Assembly (NCBI GenBank): GCA_964016885.1
Contig: OZ024756.1
Location: 35,960,001-36,024,000 of the forward strand
Length of the DNA stretch: 64,000 bases
Source of the DNA: Eledone cirrhosa
Lineage: Eukaryota
Direction of reading: 5' to 3'
A program made the position numbers and the translations under genes. Shown here in pieces: positions 39,638 through 52,412 of this stretch. Positions within the stretch are counted from its first letter, which is position 1. The number at the start of each line of letters is the position of its first letter. The notes under the pieces were generated by a model. It was not told the DNA's origin. It ran no database searches and saw only the letters and a program-made list of their open reading frames with translations.

Positions 39638-39826
39638 ATTAATCCTTTAGTATTTACATTATATTTACTATTGTATTTTCGCAGTAAAGACTTTATCTCA
39701 CATAATATCGAATCTATGAGATTTTGATAATATTTATACCTTAATGTCAGTATGAGTGGCTGGTTTGAACAGGAAGAGGTGAGGGAATTCTGACCGGATA
39801 TGGCCGGTTTAAATGCTAAAGGGTTA
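39638..39826. mobile_element. piggyBac-like MITE
   Basis: TTAATCCTTTAGTATTTA ... TAAATGCTAAAGGGTTAA. Confidence 0.8.
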
Positions 39827-40270
39827 ACTCTCAAGTCTGTTATTATTGATGTTTATTTTATTGACTTCCACGATACTTCAACTTGGCACATTGCCCTCAA
39901 CAGAACTGGTAAGTTGCCAACACTACACTGGCCAGCTCTGTGTATTCAAGTCATAAACACATGTACAGATTTTCTTTTTTAAATTGGTTTTTACTGTTCA
40001 CTCAATGTGGGAAGGGCAGTGCTCTCATGACCCCTTTTCAAGCCCTCTGAAACTGGAAGGAAGGAAGGAGCAAGGGAGATATCCTCAAATGAGGGGCTTG
40101 GTCAGAATATCAGAGCCAGTGATGTTGACTGGGTGGTGGAGTAAATGTAACACCCAAGTAGGCTACACTGGAGTTTGAACTCAGAACACACAACTGGAAC
40201 AGAGGCTGCAAATCATCTCATTCAATACTTCGTCTCACTTTGTCTCGATCAGAGACAACATTGTTTTTCA

Positions 40271-40498
40271 TTTAACCCTTTAGCATTTACATTACTCTAT
40301 ATTTACCATTGTATTTTTGGGGTAAAGGCTTTATCTTACATAATTACCTCACAATATCGAATCTATGAGATTTTGATATCATTTATTTTGAGAACAATAC
40401 CTTAATGTCAGTATGAGTGGCCGATTAAAGCCGGTTTGAACAAAAAGATTTAAGAAAATTCTGGCCGGATATGGCCAGTTTAAATGCTAAAGGGTTAA
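40271..40498. mobile_element. piggyBac-like MITE, full length
   Basis: Perfect termini TTAACCCTTTAGCATTTA / TAAATGCTAAAGGGTTAA. Confidence 0.85.
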
Positions 40499-40925
40499 TA
40501 ATGAAGAATTTAGTTATATTACTAAATCTCTCCACATTCTTGACTATTTTCGAAATGATTTGAAAATCACAAGCAGTGTCTTTCATTAGAAGGTAAAGAG
40601 AGGGTTAAGCATTGATTGATTAGCAATCAGGTTGTGGTATTGGGATCTTGTCTGGTGGAACATGGTAGTTCTTCATATGACAAAACATTGAGAAAATAGA
40701 TTTACATACAAGGTTTTTATTTGAATGAAATCTATTGACTGACAGACTGTCTGTTGCATGAATGGAGAGTTGGTGGGGAATAAAGCACCATGTGACTGTT
40801 CCTCTCTCTCTACCTTCTCCATTCTTCCTTTTCATCAACACCACAATCATCTTCTTTCTCTCCATATGATAGCATTACATTGGCAGTTCTCTCCTTCCGC
40901 AAACATCAATTCTTTACCACCCTTC

Positions 40926-40962
<37 letters not shown>

Positions 40963-41055
40963 GTATATGTAAGTTTATCCCGGGTTCAATCGGGGGTAAC
41001 CACAGTAAGTAAGATACTCAATACACAGCAGAGTATAAATATTTGATATAGAAAT

Positions 41056-41106
41056 GGCTTCTACAGGACTAGAACTGTTTCATTTGGGAGAAATCATCAG
41101 GAAGCC
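41056..41106 (-). ncRNA. Type I hammerhead ribozyme motif (weak stem II) within an inverted duplication
   Basis: Minus strand: GGCTTC-CTGATGA-TTTCTCCCAAAT-GAAA-CAGTTCTAGTCCTG-TA-GAAGCC. Stem I 6 bp, stem III ACAG/CTGT, GUA triplet; stem II has a U-U closing mismatch. Confidence 0.6.
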
Positions 41107-41176
41107 CAGATGATTTCTCCCAAATGAAACAGTTCTAGTCATGTAGAAGCCATTTACTTATATATATATATATATA

Positions 41177-41325
41177 TTGAAATGCGCATAATAAAATACA
41201 TGGAACTCTTTTAACCATCTTTTGTTCTTATATATTATGTATACTCCAGTCCTACAAACTGTAGAGTGCTTCTTATCCGATATCTGCATTGCTTTATTGT
41301 ACTACAATAAAACTCACCTCCTACA
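41177..41325. mobile_element. Probable Penelope-like remnant with hammerhead 3' half
   Basis: Begins TTGAAATGCGCATAATAAAATA; homologous to 16961-17110. Confidence 0.55.
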
Positions 41326-41342
41326 TATATATATATATATAT

Positions 41343-41520
41343 ATAGGAACGAGTAGGACCCCGACGGCTGAGCTCAAACCGTTTTGACGGCTAATTCTGG
41401 ACTAATTTTAGTCCAGAATTAGCCGTCGAAACGGCTTGAGCTCAGCCGTCGGGGTCCTACTCGTTCCTATTACCCACTCTACTACCCTAAGTATTGAGTA
41501 CTTTGGTGCGTTATGGTCCA
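41343..41520. mobile_element. 63-bp-arm palindrome, probable Penelope-like terminal remnant
   Basis: 41343-41470 is an inverted repeat with 2 mismatches and a 2-nt loop; followed by ACTCTACTACCCTAAGTATTGAGTACTTTG. Confidence 0.6.
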
Positions 41521-41832
41521 CCTGGTTCCTTACCACATTTCCTTCGTTATATATATATATATATGTGTGATCCAGTATGTTACTGGTATCTCACTATTAT
41601 CAAAACTTAATTCTGTTGCATCAGAGAGGGAATTTAATCCTCCCTCTCTCTCTCTTCCTCCCTACCCCTCTTCAGTCTTCCTCTTCCTTCTCTGTGTGAT
41701 AGTATTACATTGGCAGTCATATGACTTCTCAGCTCTCTCTCTCTCCAAACATCAATTTATCAATATTCTGCTCACATGTATTGAGTGCTCCTCCATTTAA
41801 TGTTTGACAGTTTCTCAGTATGTTTCTACATA

Positions 41833-42323
41833 CCACTTTACAGTGTGGACAGGGTGCTTTCTGTCATGACACCTACACGACCACTTTACAGTGTGGACAG
41901 GGTGCTTTCTGTCATGACACCTACACGACCACTTTACAGTGTGGACAGGGTGCTTTCTGTCATGACACCTACACGACCACTTTACAGTGTGGACAGGGTG
42001 CTTTCTGTCGTGACACCTACACGACGACTTTACAGTGTGGACAGGGTGCTTTCTGTCGTGACACCTACACGACGACTTTACAGTGTGGACAGGGTGCTTT
42101 CTGTCGTGACACCTACACAACGACTTTACAGTGTGGACAGGGTGCTTTCTGTCGTGACACCTTCACAACCACTTTACAGTGTGGACAGGGTGCTTTCTGT
42201 CATGACACCTTCACAACCACTTTACAGTGTGGACAGGGTGCTTTCTGTCATGACACCTTCACAACCACTTTACAGTGTGGACAGGGGGCTTTCTGTCATG
42301 ACACCTACACGACCACTTTACAG
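41833..42323. repeat. 48-bp minisatellite, 10 copies
   Basis: Unit CCACTTTACAGTGTGGACAGGGTGCTTTCTGTCATGACACCTACACGA; explains the 16-aa periodic ORFs. Confidence 0.97.
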
Positions 42324-44004
42324 ATGTTGCTACTGATAAATGAGCTATCTATCTAATTAAAGCAAATATTAATTCCTTAACGATATGTAACAAATAGGAA
42401 TCACATCTGAAATAAAATGTTATTTTCTGGGAACTTCTCTCATAATATTTTATGTGTGTGATTATTTCTTACTCACTCATTGGCTCTCTATTTCTTCTCC
42501 CTTCTCTCTCTCTTACCCCTTTCTGTCACCGGCTCTCCCCTCCCTCTCTCTTCTCCCTTTCTGTCACCGGCTCTCCCCTCCCTCTCTCTTCCCCCTTTCT
42601 GTCACCGGCTCTCCCCTCCCTCTCTCACCGACTCTCCCCTCCCTCTCTCCCCGGCTCTCTTTTTCTTCTCCCCGGCTCACTCTTTCTTCCCCTGGCTCGC
42701 TCTTTCTTCCCCCTGGCTCTCTTTTTCTTCCCCCTGGCTCTCTCTTTCTTCTGCCCCTCTCTCTTCTTCCTCCTGTCTCTCTTCTCCCCCTCTCACACTG
42801 TCTCTTTCCTCCCCCTCTCTCTCTCCTAGTTTGGCCTAAATAGGTCCAGGTGCTAAGTACCATTAAACACTAACCTCACTGGTTTAGAATGACCATTACT
42901 TTAATGAGAGAATGCCTTAATGAGTGAATACTAATGAGCTAATATCTATTTTGTTAGTCTGTCACTGTGCCACATTAAACATACAACAATCAACAGCTAA
43001 ACTTAGTTAAGTCTGTCGCTGGATTTAGTTGGGAGGAAACTTTTTTGAATAAATTCCTGACATATTTTAAGATACAACTGATAATTACTTCTGTTTTATT
43101 GCGATTACAATAGATAAGTATTTTTGAATATGTTGACTGTATATATATATATATATATAGCCAGTTAGAGCATGTAAATGTGGACTATATATATATATAT
43201 ATATAGAGAAAGAGAGAGAGAGAGAGCCAATTAGTTATAGTGTGTAGATGCTGACTGTATATATAGTCAGTTAAAGTGTGTAGATGTTGACTATATAGAC
43301 AGATGATGTGTATATGTGGACTATATAGACACAATGTGTAGATTTTGACCTGATATAGTCAGACATACATAGTTTGGTCATATTGACATGATAGACACAA
43401 ATAGACACAATATGTACTCTCTGGTCTTGAATAATACCCCCCCCCCCCCCCTGCTTATTACTATCTCCGGCGAAATTTTATTGTAAGTGATTCATATTGA
43501 TACAGCAGCTGGAGAATCTGGGATCTCACCGATGATTAAGTAAAAACAAGAATTTCACACTCGCACACAAACCATTTCATATATAAAATTATTTATATTG
43601 ATTCTCACTCCAAGTCTAAATTGAAGCATTTTGATGACAAACCGCCTGAAACCGCCGTTATTTATAATGATACAAAACGGTTCGTTGTGAATTTGATCTT
43701 TTTTTAAATTGAGCTAACAGAACAAAGGGAAGTAATTTTATAAGGGGAAGTAATCCTTACTAACAATTTAAAAAATATAATCGTTTGTAGAGGCAGAATG
43801 GCAAATTTACAAGTAAGAGAGGAGTTGTGGGATTGTGTTGCGTTCATGGCTCTCCCAGGGACTTAAGCTGTGTATGTGGAATAAATTAGCTTCAACCAGG
43901 AATGGAAAACTATTCTTTTAAAGTTTGGTACTTATTTTATCGATCTGTTTTGTTTTTAGTCACTGTGACGTTATGGAATATATACGCAGACATATATATA
44001 TATA

Positions 44005-44560
44005 TCATCATCATTTTACGTCCGCCTTTACCTGCTTGAAAGGGTTGGATGGGTCCTCTTCAGCACATCATCTCTCCATTCGTCACAGTCCCTCGTCATC
44101 TCCTCTGTGAGCTTCAACCATCTGAGGTCAGCTCTCACCACCTCCGCCCATGTTTTCCGTGGTCTTCCTCTACTGCGACTTCCCTCCACCGGGATTTCTT
44201 GGCATTTCTTCACCCAGCGGTCATCTTCCATGCGCATCACATGTCCATACCAACATAGTCTTCTCTCCCACACACTACAGTTTATCCCTTTTATACAGTT
44301 TCACTCTCAACTCGTCAATGGTCGTTCACGCACATTGACATTGCACATCCATCGGAGCATTCTTGCTTCCTTTCTCTCCAGCCGTCACATATCTTCCACA
44401 GTTGCTGCCCACGTCTCACTACCATGCAGCATCGTGCATCTCACACAGGCATCATATAACCGACCTTTCGTACGTAGGGAGAAACCCTTCGTTGTCAACA
44501 GAGGAAGCAGCTCCCTAAATTTCTTCCATCCTCTCCTCATTCTAGATACTATGGCCTAGA
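44005..44560 (-). mobile_element. RTE-clade LINE 3' fragment
   Basis: Minus strand: GWKKFRELLPLLTTKGFSLRTKGRLYDACVRCTMLHGSETW ... RRLCWYGHVMRM ... RGRPRKTW, then GGACGTAAAATGATGATGA tail. Confidence 0.93.
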
Positions 44561-44914
44561 AGCATATACATTTACTCTTTTACCTGTTACAGCCGACTGG
44601 CTGAGGCCATGCTGGAGCACTGCTGCACACACACTCACACTCACACATACTGTCTACCAAATTCCACTCAAAAGGCATTGGTCAACCCAAGGTGCCATGT
44701 AGTAGGACTGAACACGGAACCACGTTAGTTTTACAGAGTGGACTGGGTGCTTTTTCTCATGTCACCAGCAGGACCACTTTACAAAGTGGACTGGGTGCTT
44801 TTTTTCTTGCGTCACCAGCTCAACAATCTTACAGGGTAGACTAGGTGCTTTTTTACTCATGTCATCTTCTATAAATTGGTTAAAGAGTAGTGGTGATGTT
44901 CATCCTATCTCAGA

Positions 44915-45365
44915 GGTACTAGTGTGTAATCCAGTGGTTAGGGTATTCAATTCATGCTCATAATGTTGTGGGTTTGATTCCTTGACAAAGAATCACATTG
45001 TGTCTTTGAGCTAGATACTTCATTTCACATTGCTCCAGCCCATTTAGCTGCAGCTGCTGGTTGAGATGTTAACCCCTGCAACAGTTTGGCGTCTGGACCA
45101 AGGGGAATCTTTTCCCGTTAAGACTGGGCTCCCTATTATTAAAACTTTTGAGAAACCAACTATGAGATACAACCTCATAGGAGGTCAGCTAAACGTATTG
45201 AAGTGTGAACTGTAACAACAACATAACATCTAGACCCCTATAATTAAAACGCTTAAAAAAAAACACCTATGAGATGAAATATTGTAGGAGGCCACCCAAA
45301 CCTAGTTAGGTGTGAGTTGTAACATAATGATAGATTTGGGCCCTATCATTAAAACATGAGAAACC
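44915..45365 (+). mobile_element. CORE-type SINE followed by 3 tandem about-85-bp tail units
   Basis: TGTGTCTTTGAGCTAGATACTTCATTTCACATTGCTCCAG, then repeats of CTATYATTAAAAC...GGAGGYCAGCTAAAC...GTGTGARCTGTAAC. Confidence 0.7.
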
Positions 45366-45641
45366 TATACATTATTCTATGTACTATACATGCACATTTG
45401 ATGAGTTGTAGTGCACCTGAGCACTGTAAACAATAATTCTCATTTTATTTCATTATGTGGATTGGCAGTATCGGTAGAGGGTCGGACGCCATCCTTTGAA
45501 GCATAGAGTTACCTCCCTGTATGATCTGAGTTCAAATCCCGCCGAGGTTAACTTTGCCTTTCATCCTTACGGGGTCGATAAAATAAAGTACCAGTAATGC
45601 ACTGGGTAATCGCTGGCCTTGTGCCAAAAGTAGAAACAATT
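45366..45641 (+). mobile_element. CR1 3' tail immediately followed by SINE family A
   Basis: CR1 tail 45366-45445, SINE 45457-45641; the block interrupts an 85-bp unit that resumes at about 45647. Confidence 0.85.
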
Positions 45642-46070
45642 ATATTATGAGATGCAACCCCATAAAGGTCAGCTAAACCCACAGAGGTATTAGTGATATA
45701 AAAGAAGTGAAATCACTCCAACTGGGAGAGTAAACTGACATTGAGTGATAGTCAATGGATAATCATAAGTGGTATGTTTGTGTGTGGGGGGTGTTGTTGA
45801 TTTGTGGACACAGTTTACTACTGTGAGCATCAAATCCATTTTAATATTATGACCATATTTCTGTTCATCAGATGTCTCTCTTTGTTGACCAAATTAATAA
45901 TTAACTAATCACTTGATCACGTTTAGTAATTAACTCAATAGATTACACTGTTGACAATAAGCAAGCCATTAATAACATGGACAATCTAATGATTTCTATT
46001 GTTGTTGAGCTTATTGCCACCACTTCCTGCTATTGTGGCCAATAAAGAAAGAATTGTTATTATTATTATT

Positions 46071-46970
46071 GGTGGATTGGCAGTATCGGTAGAGGGTTGG
46101 ACGCCATGCTTTGCAGCAAAGAGTTACGGCCCTTTATGGTCTGGGTTCAAATCCCGCCGAAGTTAACTTTGCCTTTCATCCTTACGGGGTCGATAAAATA
46201 AAATACCAGTAATACACTGGGATAATTGCTGGCCTTGTGCCAAAAGTAGAAACAATTATTATTATTATATTTTAAGGCAGAATCATTAGAGTGTCGACAG
46301 CCTTTACGTTCTGAGTTCAAATCCCGGTTGAGGTTAGCTTTGCCTTTCCTCCTTACGGGGTCGATAAAATAAAGCACCAGTAATGCACTGGGGTAATTGC
46401 TGGCCTTGTGCCAAAAGTAGAAACATTATTAATATTATTATATTTTAAGGGTGGTGGATTGGCAGAATCGTTAGTGTTGGACACCTTGCTTCGTAGTAGA
46501 GTTATGGCCCCTTACGTTCTGATTTTGAATCCCGGTTGAGGTTAGCTTTGCCTTTCATCCTTACGAGGCCAATAAAAATAAAGTACCAGTAAATCACTGG
46601 GGTCGATTTAATCGACTTTCCCTTCCCTTGCTGGCGAGGTGCCTAAAGTAGAAACAACTATTATTGTTATTTTAGTAAAGAATTGCTCTAGCCACTAGAG
46701 TGTTGTTTCCTTGTGTTCTGAGTTGAAACTGCACTAAAGTCAACTTTGCTGTATATCATATCAATATGATGTCCCTACGAGTCCTCCAGGAGTACGGGAC
46801 CTTGCATGCATATCAGGGTGGTAGATTAGCAGAATCGGTAGAGTGTCAAACAAAATACTTTGCTGAATTCAAATCTCACCGAGGTTAGTTTTGCATCTCA
46901 TTCATAAAATAAAGTACCAGTAACGCACTGGGGTGAATTTAATCGACTTTCCCTTTCCCTTCAAAATTAT
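46071..46970 (+). mobile_element. Head-to-tail cluster of 4-5 family A SINEs
   Basis: Copies begin near 46071, 46275, 46448, 46680 (degenerate) and 46815, the first ones separated by (ATT)n tails. Confidence 0.88.
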
Positions 46971-46974
46971 AGGC

Positions 46975-47080
46975 TGGAGCAACAGGGAAATAAAGTGTCT
47001 TGCTCAAGGACACCATATGCCACCAGGAATTGAACTCAAGACCTTACAATCCAGCCTAACCACTAAGCCATACTCCTTCA
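46975..47080 (-). mobile_element. CORE-type SINE (family B)
   Basis: GAAATAAAGTGTCTTGCTCAAGGACAC ... CTAACCACTAAGCCAT. Confidence 0.8.
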
Positions 47081-47259
47081 CAGAGAATGGAATAAGTGGT
47101 TGACTAAAGACTAATGGTTGATTAAAGATGAACTAAGTAGTTGCCATGCCAACCATAAGAAAGCAATGAAGTAATTAGTAGATCTACAACTAGTAAGACT
47201 TAATAGTAAATTAGTCATTAACGATTTGTGAAGTAGAACGATTCTGATAGCCACTCCTG

Positions 47260-47295
<36 letters not shown>

Positions 47296-47729
47296 GTGTG
47301 TGTGTATATATATTGCCATTATTTTTAGCTGCTTGCCTCACCATTGTTAATATTACCATCACTATTATCAACACCACAACCATAATCATCATCATCATAT
47401 GCATCTGAAAGGATATGTGATTAATTGCTCTTTTAAAAAGGAATAAATTATAAAATTATGAAGAATTTGATTCCATGTCCATTTAAAGTTATTCAAAAAA
47501 TGTCCATTAATAATTTTTTTCTAACATTGGCACAAGGCCATCCATCTATTTGAAGGAAGGGAAAAGTCAATCATATCGACCTCAATATTTAACTGGTATT
47601 TTATTTATCACCCCCCCCCCCCCTCTAATTCTGGTTCATGTTATCTTAACTAACTTAAACAAAAAATAAAATTTCATAATTAAATTCAAGTTATTGTCAT
47701 GAATTTTTGGGTAATTACCAAAAGAATAT

Positions 47730-48245
47730 GATCGTGAATACAAGTGGCTGAACTGGGTTTTCTCTAAATGATCCTTGGAGTAGCGTTACTTGATAGAGTG
47801 CATATCTCGGAGATCAGAGAGTCACTCCAGGTAGAGCCACTACGTCTCCGAATTGAGAGATTACAGTTCTGCTACTATGGACATGTGGTTAGAATGTCTC
47901 AGGATAGAATCACTGGACAGATTTGTAGCTTGGAGATCAGAGAGTTGCTCCAGATAGAACCACTACTTCTCTGAATTGAGAGAGCACAGCTTTGATACTA
48001 TGGGCATGTGGTTAGAATGTCTCGGGATAAAATCGGTGAACAGATTTTACAGGCAAAACAAGCTCGCAGGAGACCCAAGGGTAGACCCTAAGCAAGATGG
48101 TTGGATAACCTCCATGAGTTCAGCTAGTCTCGCTTGGGGATCCAGCCGGATCAGTTGAAGACGGTTGCTTCTGACAGGACTTGCTGGAAAGTGTGTTTGC
48201 AGATTCTGCCCTAACAACCCTCTCAGGAATAAGTGGGCAAAGAAG
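47730..48245 (+). mobile_element. RTE-like LINE 3' fragment (second family) with internal duplication
   Basis: ILGVALLDRVHISEIRESLQVEPLRLRIERLQFCYYGHVVRM ... RRRPKGRPKARWLD; about 110-bp segment duplicated. Confidence 0.8.
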
Positions 48246-48328
48246 ATGTGCCCTCAAATAGTAGTTCCATAATTGTGGTTTAATTATGAAACAATATATT
48301 ATCCACAATTATGATGTGCATTTTCATA

Positions 48329-48450
48329 CGGTCTGAGTTCAAATCCCGCCGAGGTTAACTTTGCCTTTCATCCTTAAGGGGTCGATAAAATAAAGTACCA
48401 GTAATGCACTGGGGTAATTGCTGGCCTTGTGCCAAAAGTAGAAATAATTA
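48329..48450 (+). mobile_element. SINE family A, 5'-truncated
   Basis: B-box and core present. Confidence 0.85.
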
Positions 48451-48819
48451 TTAATTACTCTATAGATAATTGGTGGCAAATTAATCGGTATTGGTCGATA
48501 AAGCAAGACCAATTAATCGGTAATTGGCGAATTTGCTTATCGGTGCACCCCTCACATATATATGTAGTGTATGTATGGTATATCTATATGCAATGCATAC
48601 ATGCATGTATACACTCACTCATACTGTGTGTGTGTGTGTGTGTACATATATTTAAAGGTTAAACAAGGTTCAATGAATAAATCAAAGAATGAGTTTTACA
48701 ATAGATTGGAAGCACTCAACAGGAATGGTTTTCCGGTGTTATTAATATTAATTCAAAATATTAACTACCATGACTGAATCTTAACCATCTACTATGTCAG
48801 GGTATGTCATGCATCATCT

Positions 48820-48886
48820 TATTTTATCTGATGAGGACGTACTGTTGAAGTTAACTCAGTACCTCTGAAATATGTATAATAAAATA
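48820..48886 (+). ncRNA. Type I hammerhead ribozyme in a probable Penelope-like remnant (48655-48925)
   Basis: TATTTTAT-CTGATGA-GGACGTACTG(12 nt)CAGTACCTCT-GAAA-TATGTA-TA-ATAAAATA. Stem I 8 bp, stem II 9 of 10 pairs, minimal self-complementary stem III, AUA triplet; predicted cut after 48878. Confidence 0.8.
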
Positions 48887-49388
48887 TACTTGATCACACG
48901 AATATCTATTTTGTTAATATTTTGAATAAATATATATATATATATGTACACACGTGTATGTATTTATATATAAATGTAAATAATATATACATGCGTCTGT
49001 GTGTATATATCTATATATGTGTGTGTGTATGTGTATGTGTGTGTGTATATATATACATACATATATACATGTTATCAATTGGACCATTCGGTTGCTTGGG
49101 AGCAGTTAGATCCTTTGTGTTCAGTGAAAGCTACTTATGTTTGGTTGGTGGGTCGGGGGAGGGTGTCTAGTTCACGTAACTGCTGCTCCCTCCCTTCTAC
49201 TGATCTCACTTACCCCCTCCCGCTGAAACCTTTTTTTTTGTTTTGTTATATATATATACAAACACATGTATATATCTGATCCACCTTTTCTTCCTTGTTA
49301 CAGCCCCCCCCCACTCCACAGCGTCCCAACAAAACATATATTATATATTATATATATATTGTGTGTGTGTATATATATATTGTGTGTG

Positions 49389-49421
<33 letters not shown>

Positions 49422-49553
49422 ATATATATATATTGTGTGTGTGTATATATATAAAGTGTGTGTGTATATATATAAAGTGTGTGTATATATAAAGTGTGTG
49501 TGTGTATATATAAAGTGTGTGTGTGTATATATATATATAGTGTGTGTATATAT

Positions 49554-49587
<34 letters not shown>

Positions 49588-50370
49588 GTGTGTGTGTGTG
49601 TATATATATATATGTATAGTGTGTGTGTATGTATATATATATAATGTGTGTGTATAATTATATATATGTGTAACATACACCGCAATACATTTCAATTGGT
49701 TTATCCCATTGGTAGCTTCGATCTTGTAACAGTTTGTGTGTGGCTGTCTCTGGATATCTGTGTGTGTGTGTGTGTGTGTGTGATGTCTGTATGTGTAATG
49801 TAGTATGTGTCTGTCTAGCCATTCAATCACCTAATTTTACCTTCAGTGCTGCGGTCATAACAACACCAGTAGTAGTAGTAGTGGTGGTAAACACTGTGGT
49901 AGTATAGGCATACACCCCTGCTGACACTCTCATTTGGGTACACGATATATATACTACACACACACACACATATATATATATATTATATATATACATATAT
50001 ATACACATACACACAGTAATAACAAAGCAACATACATATATATATACATATTATAACAAAGCACACACACACACATATATATATATATACCTATTATATA
50101 TATATATATATATACACACACACATACACACATAGTAATAACAAAGAAAACGACTATATACACACATATATACACGACCGTCCAGTAATGCCACCCAATC
50201 GTCTCTCTTTCTAAGTTGACCACTATCAGCGCCTGGGTCACTCTGCCGTCCAAGTCCGGCCCAGCCCTCTTATATCTTATTATTGACAGTTAAGGGGGCA
50301 ATAAGGCCAGTCACCCTCCTAACGTACTTGGCCAGCCAGCTTCTCTCTTTGCATCCAGTGGCCAGACTCT

Positions 50371-50424
50371 ATGGCTCTATGTCTCCATCTACGATTATGT
50401 CTACATTTTAACATAAGAGACATG
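50371..50424 (+). CDS. Candidate alternative first exon end (MALCLHLRLCLHFNIRDM, or ATG only), phase 0
   Basis: Strong donor ATG|GTGAGT at 50424/50425 closing a GC-rich unique block (50175-50424). Confidence 0.4.
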
Positions 50425-50781
50425 GTGAGTGGACAACCCTTTTCTTTTCTTTGTTACCTTCTCTCTCAGCATTACTTATGATCTTACTTTATTTCTCTCT
50501 CTCTCTCTATATATATATATACACTCTCTCTCTCTCTCCCCTCTCACTGTCTATCTCTGTCTCTTCCTGTCTTTTACTCTTTATTATCATCACTGTTGAT
50601 ATATCTGGTTCTTCTATTATATATACACAAGTCTCTTTTTGCTTTTGTACACACATTGAACACTTATTTGTTTGTAAATCAAAATAAATATACGTGTAGA
50701 TATATGACATCGAAACGGTTTAGTTTTGTTAGTGTTTACTTATTCTCGCCACATGTATCTATCTTTCTCTTTTTCTCTATA

Positions 50782-50824
<43 letters not shown>

Positions 50825-51727
50825 CATGTGGAGAGAATTAGTAAACACTGATACAACTTTTTATGTGCGTACGTACTCATTGTTTACTCTCAAAGTATCC
50901 ACGTTGTTGCTGTTTAGCCCCAATTACCGAACCTCTATATCATTAGGACTATTGAGGGTAAAGACCCACTTCGATCCCGTATCATCATGGGATTTGCACC
51001 TAAAAAGTTCTCCTAGGACTATTAAGGGCTACATTATTCAACCTGTCTTTCTCGTTTTTTTTTCTAATAAAGGCAGTAGGGTGTGATTTGGCTGTTATTT
51101 CTAGCAGGTTGTGCTACTGTATAATAGAATATGGTGGGAGTTGGTGAAGTTTTAATACAACTCGATGTCCCAAAGACATTGAGTTCCAGACAGTAACTAA
51201 GTGTGTGTGAGTGTGTAGTTGGTGATCACTGTCGTTAAAAGCAATTAAAAAAAGTATTTAATATTTTGTTTCAATTTTTTCACCGGCGAGATATTTCGAA
51301 TATATATATATATTGAAGAGAAAGCTAACAGTGATTTCGAAGTTTATATATAATATTCCAGTTAATCTTGTTTATATATATATACATATACACACACGCA
51401 GACACATGTATTTATATATAACCAGCCATATCGTAAACAATGGCTCACAGCTCCAAGGAAACTCTTATAGTCACCATTACTCACCCCCCCCCCTCTCTCT
51501 ATCGCTTCCTCCTCCCACTGCACTCCCACTCTACTCATATTTCCTCCCCTTCTCCCGTCTTGTGATGTCCATCTTTACCACCACCATTACACGCACTTGA
51601 ATATAGGCGGTGTCAAACATATACAGTACTTGCTTTTTGATGACTAAAACAAACCAAAGCGGAAGAAAATTATAGATAAACATTTAGAAATCTGTAGCTT
51701 CGATGAAACTTCGTAGTAAACGATCAT

Positions 51728-52145
51728 CCAAATCCCGCCGAGGTTAACTTTGCCTTTCATCCTTACGGGGTCGATAAAATAAAGTACCAGTAATGCACTG
51801 AGATAATTGCTGGCCTTGTGCCAAAAGTAGAAACAATTATTAATACAATTATTAATACATACACACCTTATGCCTAAATTAGAAACCGTTATGGACACGC
51901 ACACACATACACACACACATATGTAGAATTGTTTCTATTATTGGTACAAGACCAGCCATTTGGAGGAAAAGAGCAATCGATTATATCGATCCTAGTACTT
52001 AATTGGTACTTTATTTTATCGATTCCGGAAGGATGAAAGTCAAAGTTGACCTCGGTGGGGGTTCGAATTCAGAATGTAAAGAGCCCAAACAAACGCCTCA
52101 AAGCATTTTGTCCGATGCTCTGCCGATCCTCCCAATCCACCGCCC

Positions 52146-52228
<83 letters not shown>

Positions 52229-52412
52229 ATTGTTTCTACTTTTGGCACAAGGCCAGCAATTACCAGTACATTACTGGTACTTTATTTTATCGACCCCGTA
52301 AGGATGAAAGGCAAAGTTAACCTCGGCCGGATTTGAACTCAGATCGTAAAGGGACGTAACTATGCTGGAAAGCATGTCCAATGCTCTACCGATCCTCCCA
52401 ATCTACCGCCCT
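51728..52412. mobile_element. Three family A SINEs (51728-51840 +, 51928-52146 -, 52228-52412 -)
   Basis: Consensus matches separated by (CA)n. Confidence 0.85.

Noticed and set aside
41785-42356. Cys-repeat protein (TTTLQCGQGAFCHD)n
   Set aside because: 48-bp retroelement-derived minisatellite open in multiple frames and strands.
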